Assembly (NCBI GenBank): GCA_020848965.1
Contig: JADLHE010000005.1
Span: 1-63,810, forward strand
Source of the DNA: Saprospiraceae bacterium
Lineage (GTDB): Bacteria > Bacteroidota > Bacteroidia > Chitinophagales > Saprospiraceae
Reading direction: 5' to 3'
DNA: 63,810 bases
The position numbers and the translations under genes are program-made. Shown in pieces: positions 8,753-18,209 of this stretch. How positions within the stretch are numbered: position 1 is the stretch's first letter; each line of letters starts with the position of its first letter. The notes beneath the pieces were generated by a model. That model worked only from the letters and a program-made list of their open reading frames with translations. It had not been told where the DNA came from and made no database searches.

Positions 8753-11700
8753 TCAATCATCCAACTCCTCCCCTTCCACATCCGCAAAACTGTCCACTTG
8801 CTGCTGTGCCTTCAGGAAGCGGCACCACGAGCAGTCTTCTTGCCCGCAGCCCACGTAGAACTCCTGCCGCATGATTCGGGCGTAAGTATCGGTAATGAGT
8901 CCCTTCACGAAGACTACGTCCTCCGGCTGGTACTCGATGCGCTTCGTCTCGAAATTGCCCCGTGCATCGGGTTCGAGGTAGCTGATTTCGGCGCTGACGG
9001 CACGGGCCGTATTCCGCCGCCAATTGTCGAAGAGGATTTTGTAGAAAACGAGCTGGCGCCAGTAAGCACCGCCAATTTCGGATTTCGGATTTCGGATTTC
9101 GGATTGGGGGTCGTGCAACTTGCTACTGTCTGAGGACTGCTGGACTAACTGACTGTCGGACTGACTGCCAACTGCCAACTGTCGAACTGCCAACTCAAAA
9201 TTCGGCCTGCGCAGCCGCTCCGGGTCAACACCGCCCGTTTTATAGTCCACGATATGCGCTTCTTGGCCGCTTTTTCCTAGGTAATCTATCCGGTCTAGGA
9301 TGCCCATGATGGGCACGCCGTCCACCACCACGTTGTTGAATTCTTGCTCTACTTTGCAGTTCAATGTCCAATTGGCTTGGTGGTGGCGCACGTAGTCGGC
9401 GAGGTACTGCCTGCCGAGGTCGAGCCGCCGTTCAAAGTCTTTTTTGCTTAAAAACCCTTGCTGCCGTCGCATTTCATGCTCAAAAAACTGCACGAACTCG
9501 CCCGCAAAGGGAAAATGCCGATTGCCGGGGGCCGCCCGTAGCACTTGGTCGAAGCCCCGGCGCAAGGCATTGTGCATGGCCACGCCGTAGAACGCTGCTT
9601 CGGTAGCCACGGCAGGTGCCCGCAGCACATTTTCATAGTAAAAACTCAGCGGGCAGCGCAGGAACTTGTTCATGGCCGTTACGCTGAGGGTAAACTTCTC
9701 CAGTAGCGCCTGCACCGCCGCCCGGTCGTGAGTCCCGATGCCTTCGGTCGGCTTGCTTTCGAGCAGCAGCGCTGCTTGCGCCTCCAAAATGGCCATTGGG
9801 CTGACGCTGCCGGGTCGTTCCTCAATTCCCGTCCCGGCTCCAAGGGGGCTTGCCCCCTTGCCATTCCCCATTATTTCATCCAAAAACTGGGTGCGCATGA
9901 GCGCCTTCCCGTCGTCGCCTTGCGTGGCATAGCTGATGTGCAGCCGCTCCTTCGCCCTCGTCATGGCCACGTAGAACAAGCGCCGCCTTGCCTCTAGTGC
10001 ATCGGCCTCGCCGCTCAGGTGCAGCGTATCCGGGAAGCTAAACTGGAACTGCCCGCCCCGCTTGGCTGGCTCCCAATTGTCCTTCACGCAGTCGAGCAGG
10101 AAGACGTGGCGGAACTCAAGACCCTTGGAACTGTGAGCGGTGAGGAGTTGAACAGCTTGGTTTGAATTGTTTGAGGAGTTTGAATTGTTTGATGGGTTTG
10201 AGTCGCTTGGGAGACTGCCAACTGCCAACTGTCGAACTGTCGAACTTCCTGAAGCCAACTGTCGAACTGCCAACTGAATCCTATTTGCGTCCATGCTGGC
10301 GAAAACCTCCAACAGCCTCGTCAGGTGGAGCCGTGGATTGCGGAGCGCCTCGTTTTCGATGAAATTGGTGAAGGCGAACAGCACTTGCAGCAGCTCAGCC
10401 TTTCGGTCGCTGGCCAGTACGTGGCGCAGCAGACCGCTTCGGTTGATGAGCCTTTCGATAAAATGCGGCACGCTCAGGTTGGCGTATTCACCAAGCATAA
10501 ATTCCACAAAATCAGACAATTGTGAAAATGCATTGGGGTTTTCGACCCCAGCCGTTTCCAAGAAATTTTTATCGGAAATCAACTGCCGCCAAGGCCGGGC
10601 AACACTGACCGAATCGCCGTCTGCCGTCTGCCGTCCACCGTCCACCGTCCACCGTCCAGCGTTCACCGAGAGCCGAGCAATATCCTGTGGTTTTATCCCA
10701 AAAAACTCGAAATGCAACATTCGGAAAAGCGCCTGCTCGCCACTGAACGGGCGGTGGAACTCGTCCACAAAATAGCCGAGCATCAGGCGCAGGTTCTGCA
10801 CCAACGGCAGGTCGAGGGCATTGATGGATTGGCGGGTCTGGTACGGGATGCCTTTTTTTTCCAAAAGCGACATCAGGCGCTTGGCTTGGCGGTGCTTCGC
10901 AAAAATGACGGCTACCTCATCGAGCGGGAAGCCCTCGTTCATTAGGTTTTCGAGTTGCTCCGCAATGGCCACCTCCTCCTGCAAGCGGTTCGGGTAGGCG
11001 TTTACCGAAGGTAAAATGGACAACTGGGCATAGTCGGGATGCCGTGCAGTCAGGATTTTTTCCAGCCCCAAATCCTTGAGGTTGTTCACGATTCGCAGCG
11101 TGTTCGTGGCGATGAGTGTCCCTGCCGAGTCGAGTATGTGCTGCGTGGAGCGATAGTTTTCGGTCAGCACCACCACCTTCAGGTCGTCGTGGTGGGTGTG
11201 GTAAAAATCGGTGATGTTCTTCAGCCTTGCCCCCTGAAACTCGTAGATGCTCTGGTCGTCGTCGCCGACGATGAAGATGTTGGGGGCATCCCAATACTCG
11301 GTAAGGCCTTGCAGTATTTCGTTCTGTGCGCCGTTGGTGTCTTGGTATTCGTCGAGTAGGAAATAGAGGTACTGCTCTTGGTAGCGGGCCAGCAGGTAGG
11401 GGTGTTCCCGGAAGGCTCGTAGTACCCACAAAATCATGTCCTCGTAGTCGTAGCGGCGGCGCTCTCGCAATATTTCTTCATAGCGTGGGAACAACTTCAC
11501 AGCCGAGCGAAGCCGCTCCATTTTCAGTTTTTCATCCTCAATGGCGGCGGTTTTCAGGTCGCCTTTTTTCCAAGTGCCACGGTTTTGTTGGTAAATGAAC
11601 TCTTTGCGGGCGGGCAGGTCAGTGAGGTAGGCGTCTATTTTTTCTTCGACAAAAGTAGGCGTCCAGTTCTCCGATTTCATGCGGCGGAACAGCTCCTGCA

Positions 11701-12166
11701 AATGCTGCTCGTAGCGGTAGCCATCGGAGCGGCCCCGACGCAGCGGGTGCGTCCACGGCAGTTCGTCGAGGAGCTGGCGGAGGGTTTCCACCCGCTCTAG
11801 GTCGCTGAGTGGCTCGGTTTCCCGGCGGCCAAAAAGGTCGAGGTTGTCCTGAATGATGGTGTTGCAAAACGAGTGGAAGGTGAAGATATGCACCTTGTGG
11901 ACATCCGGCCCGATAAGTGAGAGCAGTCTTTGGCGCATGGCCTGCACCCCAGCATCGGTGAAGGTGAGGCAGAGGATATTGTGCGGCTGTGCATCGGTTT
12001 TCAGTAGGATGTTGCCGATGCGGGCAGCGAGGATATGTGTCTTGCCTGTGCCCGGCCCGGCGATGACCAGCACGGGGCCTTCGATGGTTTCCACGGCTTC
12101 CCGTTGCGCCGGGTTGAGGCGCTCCAGTTCCCGAAGGAATTGCTCATTGTTGGTCTGGATGGTCAT
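8753..12166 (-). CDS. UvrD/PcrA-type SF1 helicase fused to a C-terminal PD-(D/E)XK (RecB/AddB/Cas4-like) nuclease domain, carrying three in-frame low-complexity insertions
   Basis: ORF 8753..12226; start set to ATG 12166 (MTIQTNNEQFL). Helicase motifs: Walker A IAGPGTGKTH, LLDEYQDT, TAHSSKGLEF. Nuclease motifs: ILDRIDYL, IVDYKTG, YWRQLVFY. One Cys in CPLSFYY plus a C-terminal CGQEDCSWC cluster. Confidence 0.85.
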   Translation of the reverse strand: MTIQTNNEQFLRELERLNPAQREAVETIEGPVLVIAGPGTGKTHILAARIGNILLKTDAQPHNILCLTFTDAGVQAMRQRLLSLIGPDVHKVHIFTFHSFCNTIIQDNLDLFGRRETEPLSDLERVETLRQLLDELPWTHPLRRGRSDGYRYEQHLQELFRRMKSENWTPTFVEEKIDAYLTDLPARKEFIYQQNRGTWKKGDLKTAAIEDEKLKMERLRSAVKLFPRYEEILRERRRYDYEDMILWVLRAFREHPYLLARYQEQYLYFLLDEYQDTNGAQNEILQGLTEYWDAPNIFIVGDDDQSIYEFQGARLKNITDFYHTHHDDLKVVVLTENYRSTQHILDSAGTLIATNTLRIVNNLKDLGLEKILTARHPDYAQLSILPSVNAYPNRLQEEVAIAEQLENLMNEGFPLDEVAVIFAKHRQAKRLMSLLEKKGIPYQTRQSINALDLPLVQNLRLMLGYFVDEFHRPFSGEQALFRMLHFEFFGIKPQDIARLSVNAGRWTVDGGRQTADGDSVSVARPWRQLISDKNFLETAGVENPNAFSQLSDFVEFMLGEYANLSVPHFIERLINRSGLLRHVLASDRKAELLQVLFAFTNFIENEALRNPRLHLTRLLEVFASMDANRIQLAVRQLASGSSTVRQLAVGSLPSDSNPSNNSNSSNNSNQAVQLLTAHSSKGLEFRHVFLLDCVKDNWEPAKRGGQFQFSFPDTLHLSGEADALEARRRLFYVAMTRAKERLHISYATQGDDGKALMRTQFLDEIMGNGKGASPLGAGTGIEERPGSVSPMAILEAQAALLLESKPTEGIGTHDRAAVQALLEKFTLSVTAMNKFLRCPLSFYYENVLRAPAVATEAAFYGVAMHNALRRGFDQVLRAAPGNRHFPFAGEFVQFFEHEMRRQQGFLSKKDFERRLDLGRQYLADYVRHHQANWTLNCKVEQEFNNVVVDGVPIMGILDRIDYLGKSGQEAHIVDYKTGGVDPERLRRPNFELAVRQLAVGSQSDSQLVQQSSDSSKLHDPQSEIRNPKSEIGGAYWRQLVFYKILFDNWRRNTARAVSAEISYLEPDARGNFETKRIEYQPEDVVFVKGLITDTYARIMRQEFYVGCGQEDCSWCRFLKAQQQVDSFADVEGEELDD
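9075..9105. repeat. heptamer array ATTTCGG x4.4 inside the helicase CDS
   Basis: Read directly. Encodes ..SEIRNPKSEI.. on the minus strand. Confidence 0.9.
9134..9196. repeat. degenerate CCAACTG/GGACTGN word array inside the helicase CDS
   Basis: Read directly. Contains a 27-mer (9163-9189) identical to 10213-10239. Confidence 0.85.
10159..10202. repeat. GTTTGAA/TTGTTTG word array inside the helicase CDS
   Basis: GGTTTGAATTGTTTGAGGAGTTTGAATTGTTTGATGGGTTTGAG. Encodes the SNSSNNSNQ-type low-complexity peptide. Confidence 0.85.
10213..10276. repeat. CCAACTG / TCGAACTG word array inside the helicase CDS
   Basis: Encodes QLAVRQLASGSSTVRQLAVGS. Shares the exact 27-mer GACTGCCAACTGCCAACTGTCGAACTG with 9163-9189. 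Confidence 0.9.
10618..10668. repeat. heptamer arrays CGTCTGC x2 plus CGTCCAC x3 (and 2 degenerate units) inside the helicase CDS
   Basis: Read directly. 51 nt, or 17 codons. Encodes ..GRWTVDGGRQTADG.. Confidence 0.9.
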
Positions 12167-12253
12167 TGCGGAGCAAAGTAAGCATGTACAGAGCACAAAC
12201 ACAAAACTTGGACAGTCAGCGAACACTGATTAGCTTAGCCCAAATTTTGAACA

Positions 12254-12559
12254 ATGAAAATTCTTGCACTAATTCTTTGCATCGCCAACCTAGGCATGAC
12301 CCTCGTTTCCGGCTTCATGGCCATGTTTTCGCCGATGGCGATGGATGCGCCGGGCAGCGAAAAAATTACCAGTCTCAAGGTGTTTGTGTACTTGATGTTT
12401 GCTTCGCCGCTGGTTTTTCTCATAACGGACGCATTGGCATGGATGCGGTACAGCAAGGGTAACTACGCTGCTGCTTCGACGGTGGCCGCCCTTGGTTGGC
12501 TGCCGTTTTTGATTGCCATCCTCGCCTTGTTTTTTACCAGTACGGGGTCACAACACTGA
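12254..12559 (+). CDS. small integral membrane protein (about 3 TM helices), unknown function
   Basis: ATG start and hydrophobic segments; divergent from the helicase gene. Confidence 0.55.
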   Translation: MKILALILCIANLGMTLVSGFMAMFSPMAMDAPGSEKITSLKVFVYLMFASPLVFLITDALAWMRYSKGNYAAASTVAALGWLPFLIAILALFFTSTGSQH

Positions 12560-12614
12560 GCCGACCGCCCAATAAAATAGTCTTGAAACTGGCATTTTAG
12601 CTTTCTTTGTAGCA

Positions 12615-14249
12615 ATGAAACAAAGGACAACACTTGCCATGCTCATCATGCTGCTGCGATTTGCCACTGCGGAGGCGCAGTTCTTCCTCAATGGCTCCGC
12701 CGTGCAGTTCAACGATACCTGCTGGACGCTAACCCCAGCGCAGAACAATAAGGTAGGCTCCATCTGGAACGGCACGAAAGTGGACCTAGGCAATTCCTTT
12801 CAGGTCATCATGGATATGTACTTCGGCTGCAAGGACGGCGATGGGGCAGACGGCATCCTCTTCGGCCTGCAGCCCGTGAGCACTAGCATTGGACAGGCGG
12901 GCGAGGGCATCGGGTTTCAGGGGGTGACGCCGTCGCTAGGCATCGAGTTCGATACTTGGCAAAACTTCAACCTCAGCGACCCCGGCTCCGACCACGTGGC
13001 CATTTGCAAAAACGGCAACCTCAACCACGGCGGCGCTACCAATCTCGCTGGCCCCATTCAGGCCAATGCCTCTAACGCCAATATCGAAGATTGCGACTGG
13101 CACAAGCTGCGGGTGGACTGGGATGCCCCCACGCATACCCTCGATGTTTGGTTCGATTGCGATAAGCGGCTGACCTATACGGCGGACATCGTGAACGAGA
13201 TTTTCGGTGGCGACCCCAATGTTTTCTGGGGCTTCACTTCGGCCACCGGTGGGGCCAACAACGAGCAAAAGGTCTGCTTCAGCTATGTAACTTTTTTGGA
13301 CAAATTCGAGGACGTGGTCATCTGCCCAGGCGGGCAATACCAGATAACGCTCAGCGGCGGCGTAGAGTACCACTGGTCGCCACCGGATGGATTGAGCAAC
13401 CCCGATATCGCCAACCCGATAGCAGCGCCTGACGAGACGACCGAGTACCAAGTGGAGGTCTTGGATGCCTGCGGAAATACGTTTTTCGATACCATCAATG
13501 TCATCGTGGATGGCGATACGGTCTTCTTCGACCTTGGCGTGGACACGAGCTTTTGCGAAGGCCAGTCGCTGCTGCTAGATGCAACTTCGTTCGGCACCAA
13601 CTCGGTGGATTACCAGTGGTCATCGGGGCAGACTTCGGCCACGGTTCTTGCTTCGCAAACGGGCCTTTACGCCGTCACTGTCACCATTGACGATTATTGC
13701 AAAGCCGACGACCGCAAAGCCATCACGGTCATCCCCTTGCCGAAGGCAACGCTCGGCACCGATACCTCGCTTTGCTTGGGCCAAAGCCTGGTGTTGGATG
13801 CAACGACAACGGGCAACCCCAGTTATTTGTGGAGCGATGGCCTTGCGGAGCCAAGCCGCACCGTGATCTCGCCGGGCACTTATTCCGTTGTTGCGAGCAA
13901 TATTTGCGGAGCAAGGGAAGCCAATATCACGGTTGCTTACGAAGATTGCCGACAGGTCTATTTCCCAAGCGCCTTTTCGCCGAATGGCGACGGCATCAAC
14001 GATGTGTTCATGCCCTTCGATGGCGGCGACGTGGGCATCGTTCGCAGCTTGCAAGTCTTCGACCGATGGGGGGAGTTGGTCTTCGAGTTTTACAATTTCC
14101 AACCGAATGATTTGTCCGCCCCTGGCGGATGGGATGGCTTTTTTAAAGGAAAAAACGCCAGCCAAGGCGTGTATGCTTGGCTGGCGCAGGTGGAGTTTCG
14201 GGATGGGTTCCAGCAGTTGTTGGCTGGGGAGGTGACGCTGCTTCGTTGA
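12615..14249 (+). CDS. secreted lectin-like (legume-lectin/LamG-type) protein with repeated Ig-like modules and a T9SS type B (gliding-motility CTD) sorting domain
   Basis: Signal peptide MKQRTTLAMLIMLLRFATAEA. Repeated DTSxCxGQSLxLDAT modules. C-terminus YFPSAFSPNGDGINDVFMPF...VFDRWGELVFE...GWDGFFKGKNASQGVYAW. Confidence 0.8.
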   Translation: MKQRTTLAMLIMLLRFATAEAQFFLNGSAVQFNDTCWTLTPAQNNKVGSIWNGTKVDLGNSFQVIMDMYFGCKDGDGADGILFGLQPVSTSIGQAGEGIGFQGVTPSLGIEFDTWQNFNLSDPGSDHVAICKNGNLNHGGATNLAGPIQANASNANIEDCDWHKLRVDWDAPTHTLDVWFDCDKRLTYTADIVNEIFGGDPNVFWGFTSATGGANNEQKVCFSYVTFLDKFEDVVICPGGQYQITLSGGVEYHWSPPDGLSNPDIANPIAAPDETTEYQVEVLDACGNTFFDTINVIVDGDTVFFDLGVDTSFCEGQSLLLDATSFGTNSVDYQWSSGQTSATVLASQTGLYAVTVTIDDYCKADDRKAITVIPLPKATLGTDTSLCLGQSLVLDATTTGNPSYLWSDGLAEPSRTVISPGTYSVVASNICGAREANITVAYEDCRQVYFPSAFSPNGDGINDVFMPFDGGDVGIVRSLQVFDRWGELVFEFYNFQPNDLSAPGGWDGFFKGKNASQGVYAWLAQVEFRDGFQQLLAGEVTLLR

Positions 14250-15515
14250 CTACCAAGCGGTTTTTTTGTGGCCTTTCAAGGAGTAGTACAAAATGATTAA
14301 ATAGCTGGGAATCAATATGATATAAGCCATTTTGGGGCCTATGCTTTCCATGTCTGCGAGGCTGCCATACACCAAGGGCATGAGCGCCCCGCCAAGTATG
14401 GCCATGATGAGCAGTGCGGAAGCCGTTTTGGTAAACTTGCCCAAGCCATGAATGGCGAGCGGCCATATAGCGGGCCATACCAATGCGTTGGCCAAGCCGA
14501 GCATAGCGATGAACAGCACGGAGACATAGCCACTCGTGAGCATCACCATCAGGCTAAGTGCGATACCGAGAATTGCGGAATAGGTGAGTGCCTTTGCTTG
14601 GGTGATGAACTTCGGTATTACAATGATGCCAATGATATATCCCAGCACCATTGCGCCCATGGTAAACGAAGTAAAAAACCTTGCCTCAGATAACGGGATG
14701 CCCTGCGATTGCCCATAGGTGCCAATGGTATCGCCAGCTACCACTTCCAAGCCCACATAAAAGAAGAGCGTAATTACCCCAAGCACAAGGTTTGGGTATT
14801 GGACAACGCTGGTTTTTTCGCTTCCAGCGATTGGGTGAGCTGGGTCTTCGTCCTGCTCCTGCTCGATTTCGGGAAGTGGTGAAAATCGAACCATGAGTGC
14901 CAAGCCCACCAACACGAGTGCCATCAAAGTATAGGGGGTCACTACCCGCAGCGCCAGTTCGTCCAGCCGGGCAGCTTTTTGAACAGCGTCCATTGTGAGC
15001 AATTCTTTGGTCAGTGAATCAGCGTCGGACAAAATGACTGCGCCGAGGATGAAAGGAGCGACGAACCCCGCCACTTTGTTGCAGATGCCCATGATACTGA
15101 TGCGCTGGGCGGCACTTTCGATGGGCCCAACTATCGTAATATATGGATTTACAGCCGTTTGCAAAAGTGAGAGACCCGTTCCGATGATGAATAGGCCAGT
15201 CAAAAACATGGCATAAGTCCTGGATTGCGCAGCCGGAATGAACATCAAGGCACCCGCTGCCATGACCAATAAGCCGAGCATGATGCCCTTTTTAAAACCC
15301 GTTTTGTTCAATATCCACGATGCGGGAAGCGCCGTTACGAAATAGGAAATATAAAAAGCGAAGGCTACCTGCAAGGCTTGAAAAGTGGTAAGCTCACAGG
15401 CGATTTTAAGGTAAGGGATGAGCGTACCATTGAGCCAGGTGACAAACCCAAATACGAAGAACAGAACGCCCAAGATAATGATGGGCACAAGGTTAGATTT
15501 TGTTGATGATTGCAT
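14250..15515 (-). CDS. sugar MFS transporter (FucP / glucose-galactose transporter family)
   Basis: ORF 14250..15557; the ATG at 15515 gives MQSSTKSNLVPIIILGVLFFVFGFVTWLNGTLIPYLK. About 12 predicted TM helices. Confidence 0.75.
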   Translation of the reverse strand: MQSSTKSNLVPIIILGVLFFVFGFVTWLNGTLIPYLKIACELTTFQALQVAFAFYISYFVTALPASWILNKTGFKKGIMLGLLVMAAGALMFIPAAQSRTYAMFLTGLFIIGTGLSLLQTAVNPYITIVGPIESAAQRISIMGICNKVAGFVAPFILGAVILSDADSLTKELLTMDAVQKAARLDELALRVVTPYTLMALVLVGLALMVRFSPLPEIEQEQDEDPAHPIAGSEKTSVVQYPNLVLGVITLFFYVGLEVVAGDTIGTYGQSQGIPLSEARFFTSFTMGAMVLGYIIGIIVIPKFITQAKALTYSAILGIALSLMVMLTSGYVSVLFIAMLGLANALVWPAIWPLAIHGLGKFTKTASALLIMAILGGALMPLVYGSLADMESIGPKMAYIILIPSYLIILYYSLKGHKKTAW

Positions 15516-15723
15516 CTGATAAATAGTTGGTTGGTGAATTTGCGCAGCACTCGACACAAGCGCTTGCGAGGTCAGCCTGCTGCCAAATCAGTTTCGTTTT
15601 GCGATTCCGAGCGGAAAGCTAGTTGTTGAAATTTGGATGACCAAATAGAACGACGGGAAACTGTCCGACTGGGCCATTTCAACCATTGGGTGATAGTCGA
15701 ATTTGATGATTCGCCCGGAGGGG

Positions 15724-17193
15724 TTATTGCTTCAATGCATACAAGTAGTAGTTCTCGTTTTTTACGTTGTAACCATCGAACGGTTTCCAAACTTGGGCAT
15801 TTGGATAGCGCGCTTTCTCCAATTCTTTGTCCGTGACGATTACGATGCCGCCAACGCCTTTGTACTTGGCAAAAAGCCTAAGCTCTGACTCTGTTGGCAG
15901 GTAAACCTTTTCCAGCCACTTGAAATAGGTGAAGGGCATCCCATTTGGCAATTCATAGAACGGCCTTCGGGCGTAGCCTGACACAGGGGCCGCAGCGAAT
16001 TTGTTGATAGCTACGATAGGCACATTTTCAGGTACATTTTTTCGGATGAACTCTCCCGCTATTTCGGCATTGGTAAAAGGGTACGACACATCTTTTTGCA
16101 ATGCCCGCAGGTTGTAGAGCAATTGCGCACCTAGGAACACCGCCAAGATGGTCGTTCGTTGCCAGTTTAGCGGCTTGGTTTCTTTGCTAGACAAGGCCAG
16201 GGCCATCAGGAAGAAGGCATACTGCATACCCCATTGCCGCAGCCCACCGGGATAAATGGCCACGCCGAAGAGGAAAAACGCAGTGGTGTGCAAAAAGAAA
16301 GTCCAGAATGCTTTGGCCGCAGGCCAGAAGAAATAAGCCAAGGCTATGACGACCAAGGCGCTAAGGAGCAAGTTGATGGCTGATACACCAAACACGTTGG
16401 TGTCTTTAATTAGGCCAATCAGGAAGGTATTGGCAAAGTCGCCTTGAAAGGCAGTGGCGAAGTTGTCCGCTGAGAATGGCTGGCTAGTGTAGGCTCGCCC
16501 CAGTTCTTCGTGTTGAGCGCGTGGGAACACCGTAGCGACAAAAAGCAAGACTCCCGCTGCGAACGCCGCTAGGGTTTTTCGCAGTGCCAAATCATGAAGC
16601 GCCATTTGCCATTTGCCTCCTTGCAGCTTCATTTGCAATAAATGGAACCACAAGCAGGCCGCCATGATGACGCCAAAGACCTCGGTCTGGCAGAGCAGGA
16701 AGAGGTAAATGCCCAGTGTCCAAGGTTTCTCATCCGTTTTTTCGAGCGCCGAGACGCCCAAAAAACCAAACAACAGGACGAAAGCATAGCCTCGGTCTAG
16801 AATGCCGTATTCAAAGAAAATGAAATAGCCAAACAGGGCCAACGCTTTCACCCAGAAAGCCATGCGCAACCGGAACACCAGCACCGCCCATGTAGCAGTT
16901 ACGACCAACCAATGCGACAGGTGCAGCAATGTCTCACCGGGCAACTTGGTCGCTTGGGCCAGATAGGTCCAGATTTTCAAGTAAAAATACCATATGGCGG
17001 GGTGGCCTTCGTAGAACAGCGATGCATACAATTTGCCCCAACCCATGTCACGGGCCATGAGCCAAGCCTGCCATTCGTCCTTCCAACATTCGTGAAAGCC
17101 AAATTTGACAGTCAAAGCAAAAAGACTAGCGGCAGCCAACAATATGTATTTTGCTGGCTTGGAGCTACCGTCCTCTATGGTGGGCAAATTCAT
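15724..17193 (-). CDS. polytopic membrane protein, possibly a GT-C-type glycosyltransferase (function uncertain)
   Basis: 489 aa with many hydrophobic helices and a soluble C-terminal ~130 aa. No catalytic motif that I can name. Confidence 0.5.
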   Translation of the reverse strand: MNLPTIEDGSSKPAKYILLAAASLFALTVKFGFHECWKDEWQAWLMARDMGWGKLYASLFYEGHPAIWYFYLKIWTYLAQATKLPGETLLHLSHWLVVTATWAVLVFRLRMAFWVKALALFGYFIFFEYGILDRGYAFVLLFGFLGVSALEKTDEKPWTLGIYLFLLCQTEVFGVIMAACLWFHLLQMKLQGGKWQMALHDLALRKTLAAFAAGVLLFVATVFPRAQHEELGRAYTSQPFSADNFATAFQGDFANTFLIGLIKDTNVFGVSAINLLLSALVVIALAYFFWPAAKAFWTFFLHTTAFFLFGVAIYPGGLRQWGMQYAFFLMALALSSKETKPLNWQRTTILAVFLGAQLLYNLRALQKDVSYPFTNAEIAGEFIRKNVPENVPIVAINKFAAAPVSGYARRPFYELPNGMPFTYFKWLEKVYLPTESELRLFAKYKGVGGIVIVTDKELEKARYPNAQVWKPFDGYNVKNENYYLYALKQ

Positions 17194-17362
17194 GGCAGGG
17201 TATAGTTTCTGAAGCGTATTTAAGGCATGATGTATCCCCGTTCAACGTGGAGAAACCATCAAACAGTGGCGAAGGTACGCGAGTGGGAGGTGTTGATAGC
17301 ATCGCAATTTTTTCAAAAAATGGGTTTGCAATTCCAGAGACAGAAAACGGTGGGCAGTGTGG

Positions 17363-17812
17363 TTAACTGACTTCATGAATGGCAATATCCGCTCCCCTAA
17401 AACCCACCATTTCCCCAGTTGAGCGGCCTGCCAGCGCGGCCCCTATTGGCGACGCCAAGGATACAAGGTAATAAAGCCTGCCATCAAGTTCCGCTTTCCC
17501 AGCACTGATGGCGATAAAATAATTGCCTTGGCTCGTCAACACAAGGCTACCTTCGGCAATGGTAGGTGAAGCTTTTTCAACGGAAATACTGTTCAAAACC
17601 TGTTGAAGCTGTTGGGCTTCGGCGAGCTGAATGGTGAGCTTTTCCTGTTCTAAGTGCATCATGGCACGCCCCGTTTCATACTTGTCGCCCACACTGCTCT
17701 TGCCCTCCTCGTTGGCAGCTTGGCGGGCGGCTTCCAGTGCGTGGGTCACAGTGTCTAGCCGTTGCTGCACGTATTGCTGGCAATGGTCGAGGAGGCGCTG
17801 CTTGAGGCTCAT
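17363..17812 (-). CDS. GreA/GreB C-terminal-domain-like protein
   Basis: Coiled-coil N-terminal half. C-terminal YYLVSLASPIGAALAGRSTGEMVGFRG resembles the GreA C-terminal domain. ATGA overlap with the upstream gene. Confidence 0.45.
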   Translation of the reverse strand: MSLKQRLLDHCQQYVQQRLDTVTHALEAARQAANEEGKSSVGDKYETGRAMMHLEQEKLTIQLAEAQQLQQVLNSISVEKASPTIAEGSLVLTSQGNYFIAISAGKAELDGRLYYLVSLASPIGAALAGRSTGEMVGFRGADIAIHEVS

Positions 17813-18195
17813 AGCTGCTTGTCCACCTCTTGCAACTCTTCCAAGTTGAACTCCCCGAACCAGTCTTGAAGCTTCTTGCGGGCGGTGATGCGCACCTCGT
17901 CGTTCACATAGGCGGCGATGGTCACGAGGCCGAAACTGAGCACGCCGAGGTCGTCCGTATAGCCAAGTATGGGCGTGAGGTCGGGCAGGGCGTCAATGGG
18001 CGAGATGAAATAGCCGAGCACGCCGATGATGATGCGCTTTGCCCAAATTGGTGTGTCCTTGCGGCGATAGGCGTAGTAGAGCAGCAGCACGCTGTACACG
18101 ACCTTCAGGCCAGCTTGCTTCGCAAACTGTTTGATTTTTTCGAGCAAGCCAAATTCGGAGAATCGGCTTGCGTATTTTTCAAAAGGATTTTTCAT
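17809..18195 (-). CDS. YkvA/DUF1232-family membrane protein
   Basis: Signature ISPIDALPDLTPILGYTDDLGVL. Confidence 0.7.
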   Translation of the reverse strand: MKNPFEKYASRFSEFGLLEKIKQFAKQAGLKVVYSVLLLYYAYRRKDTPIWAKRIIIGVLGYFISPIDALPDLTPILGYTDDLGVLSFGLVTIAAYVNDEVRITARKKLQDWFGEFNLEELQEVDKQL

Positions 18196-18209
18196 CGCAA
18201 AAATTATTC

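Noticed and set aside
9075-10668. Possibility that the tandem arrays are a CRISPR array
   Set aside because: The units are 7-8 nt with no unique spacers, they lie inside an open reading frame, and no cas genes are present.
2065-12166. Idea that the VWA protein, the AAA+ ATPase and the helicase-nuclease form a defence island
   Set aside because: The three are interleaved with core housekeeping genes (prs, tsaB, prfA) on mixed strands. No other defence-type or mobile genes are present, and the helicase-nuclease looks like a conserved AddA/UvrD-type repair enzyme.
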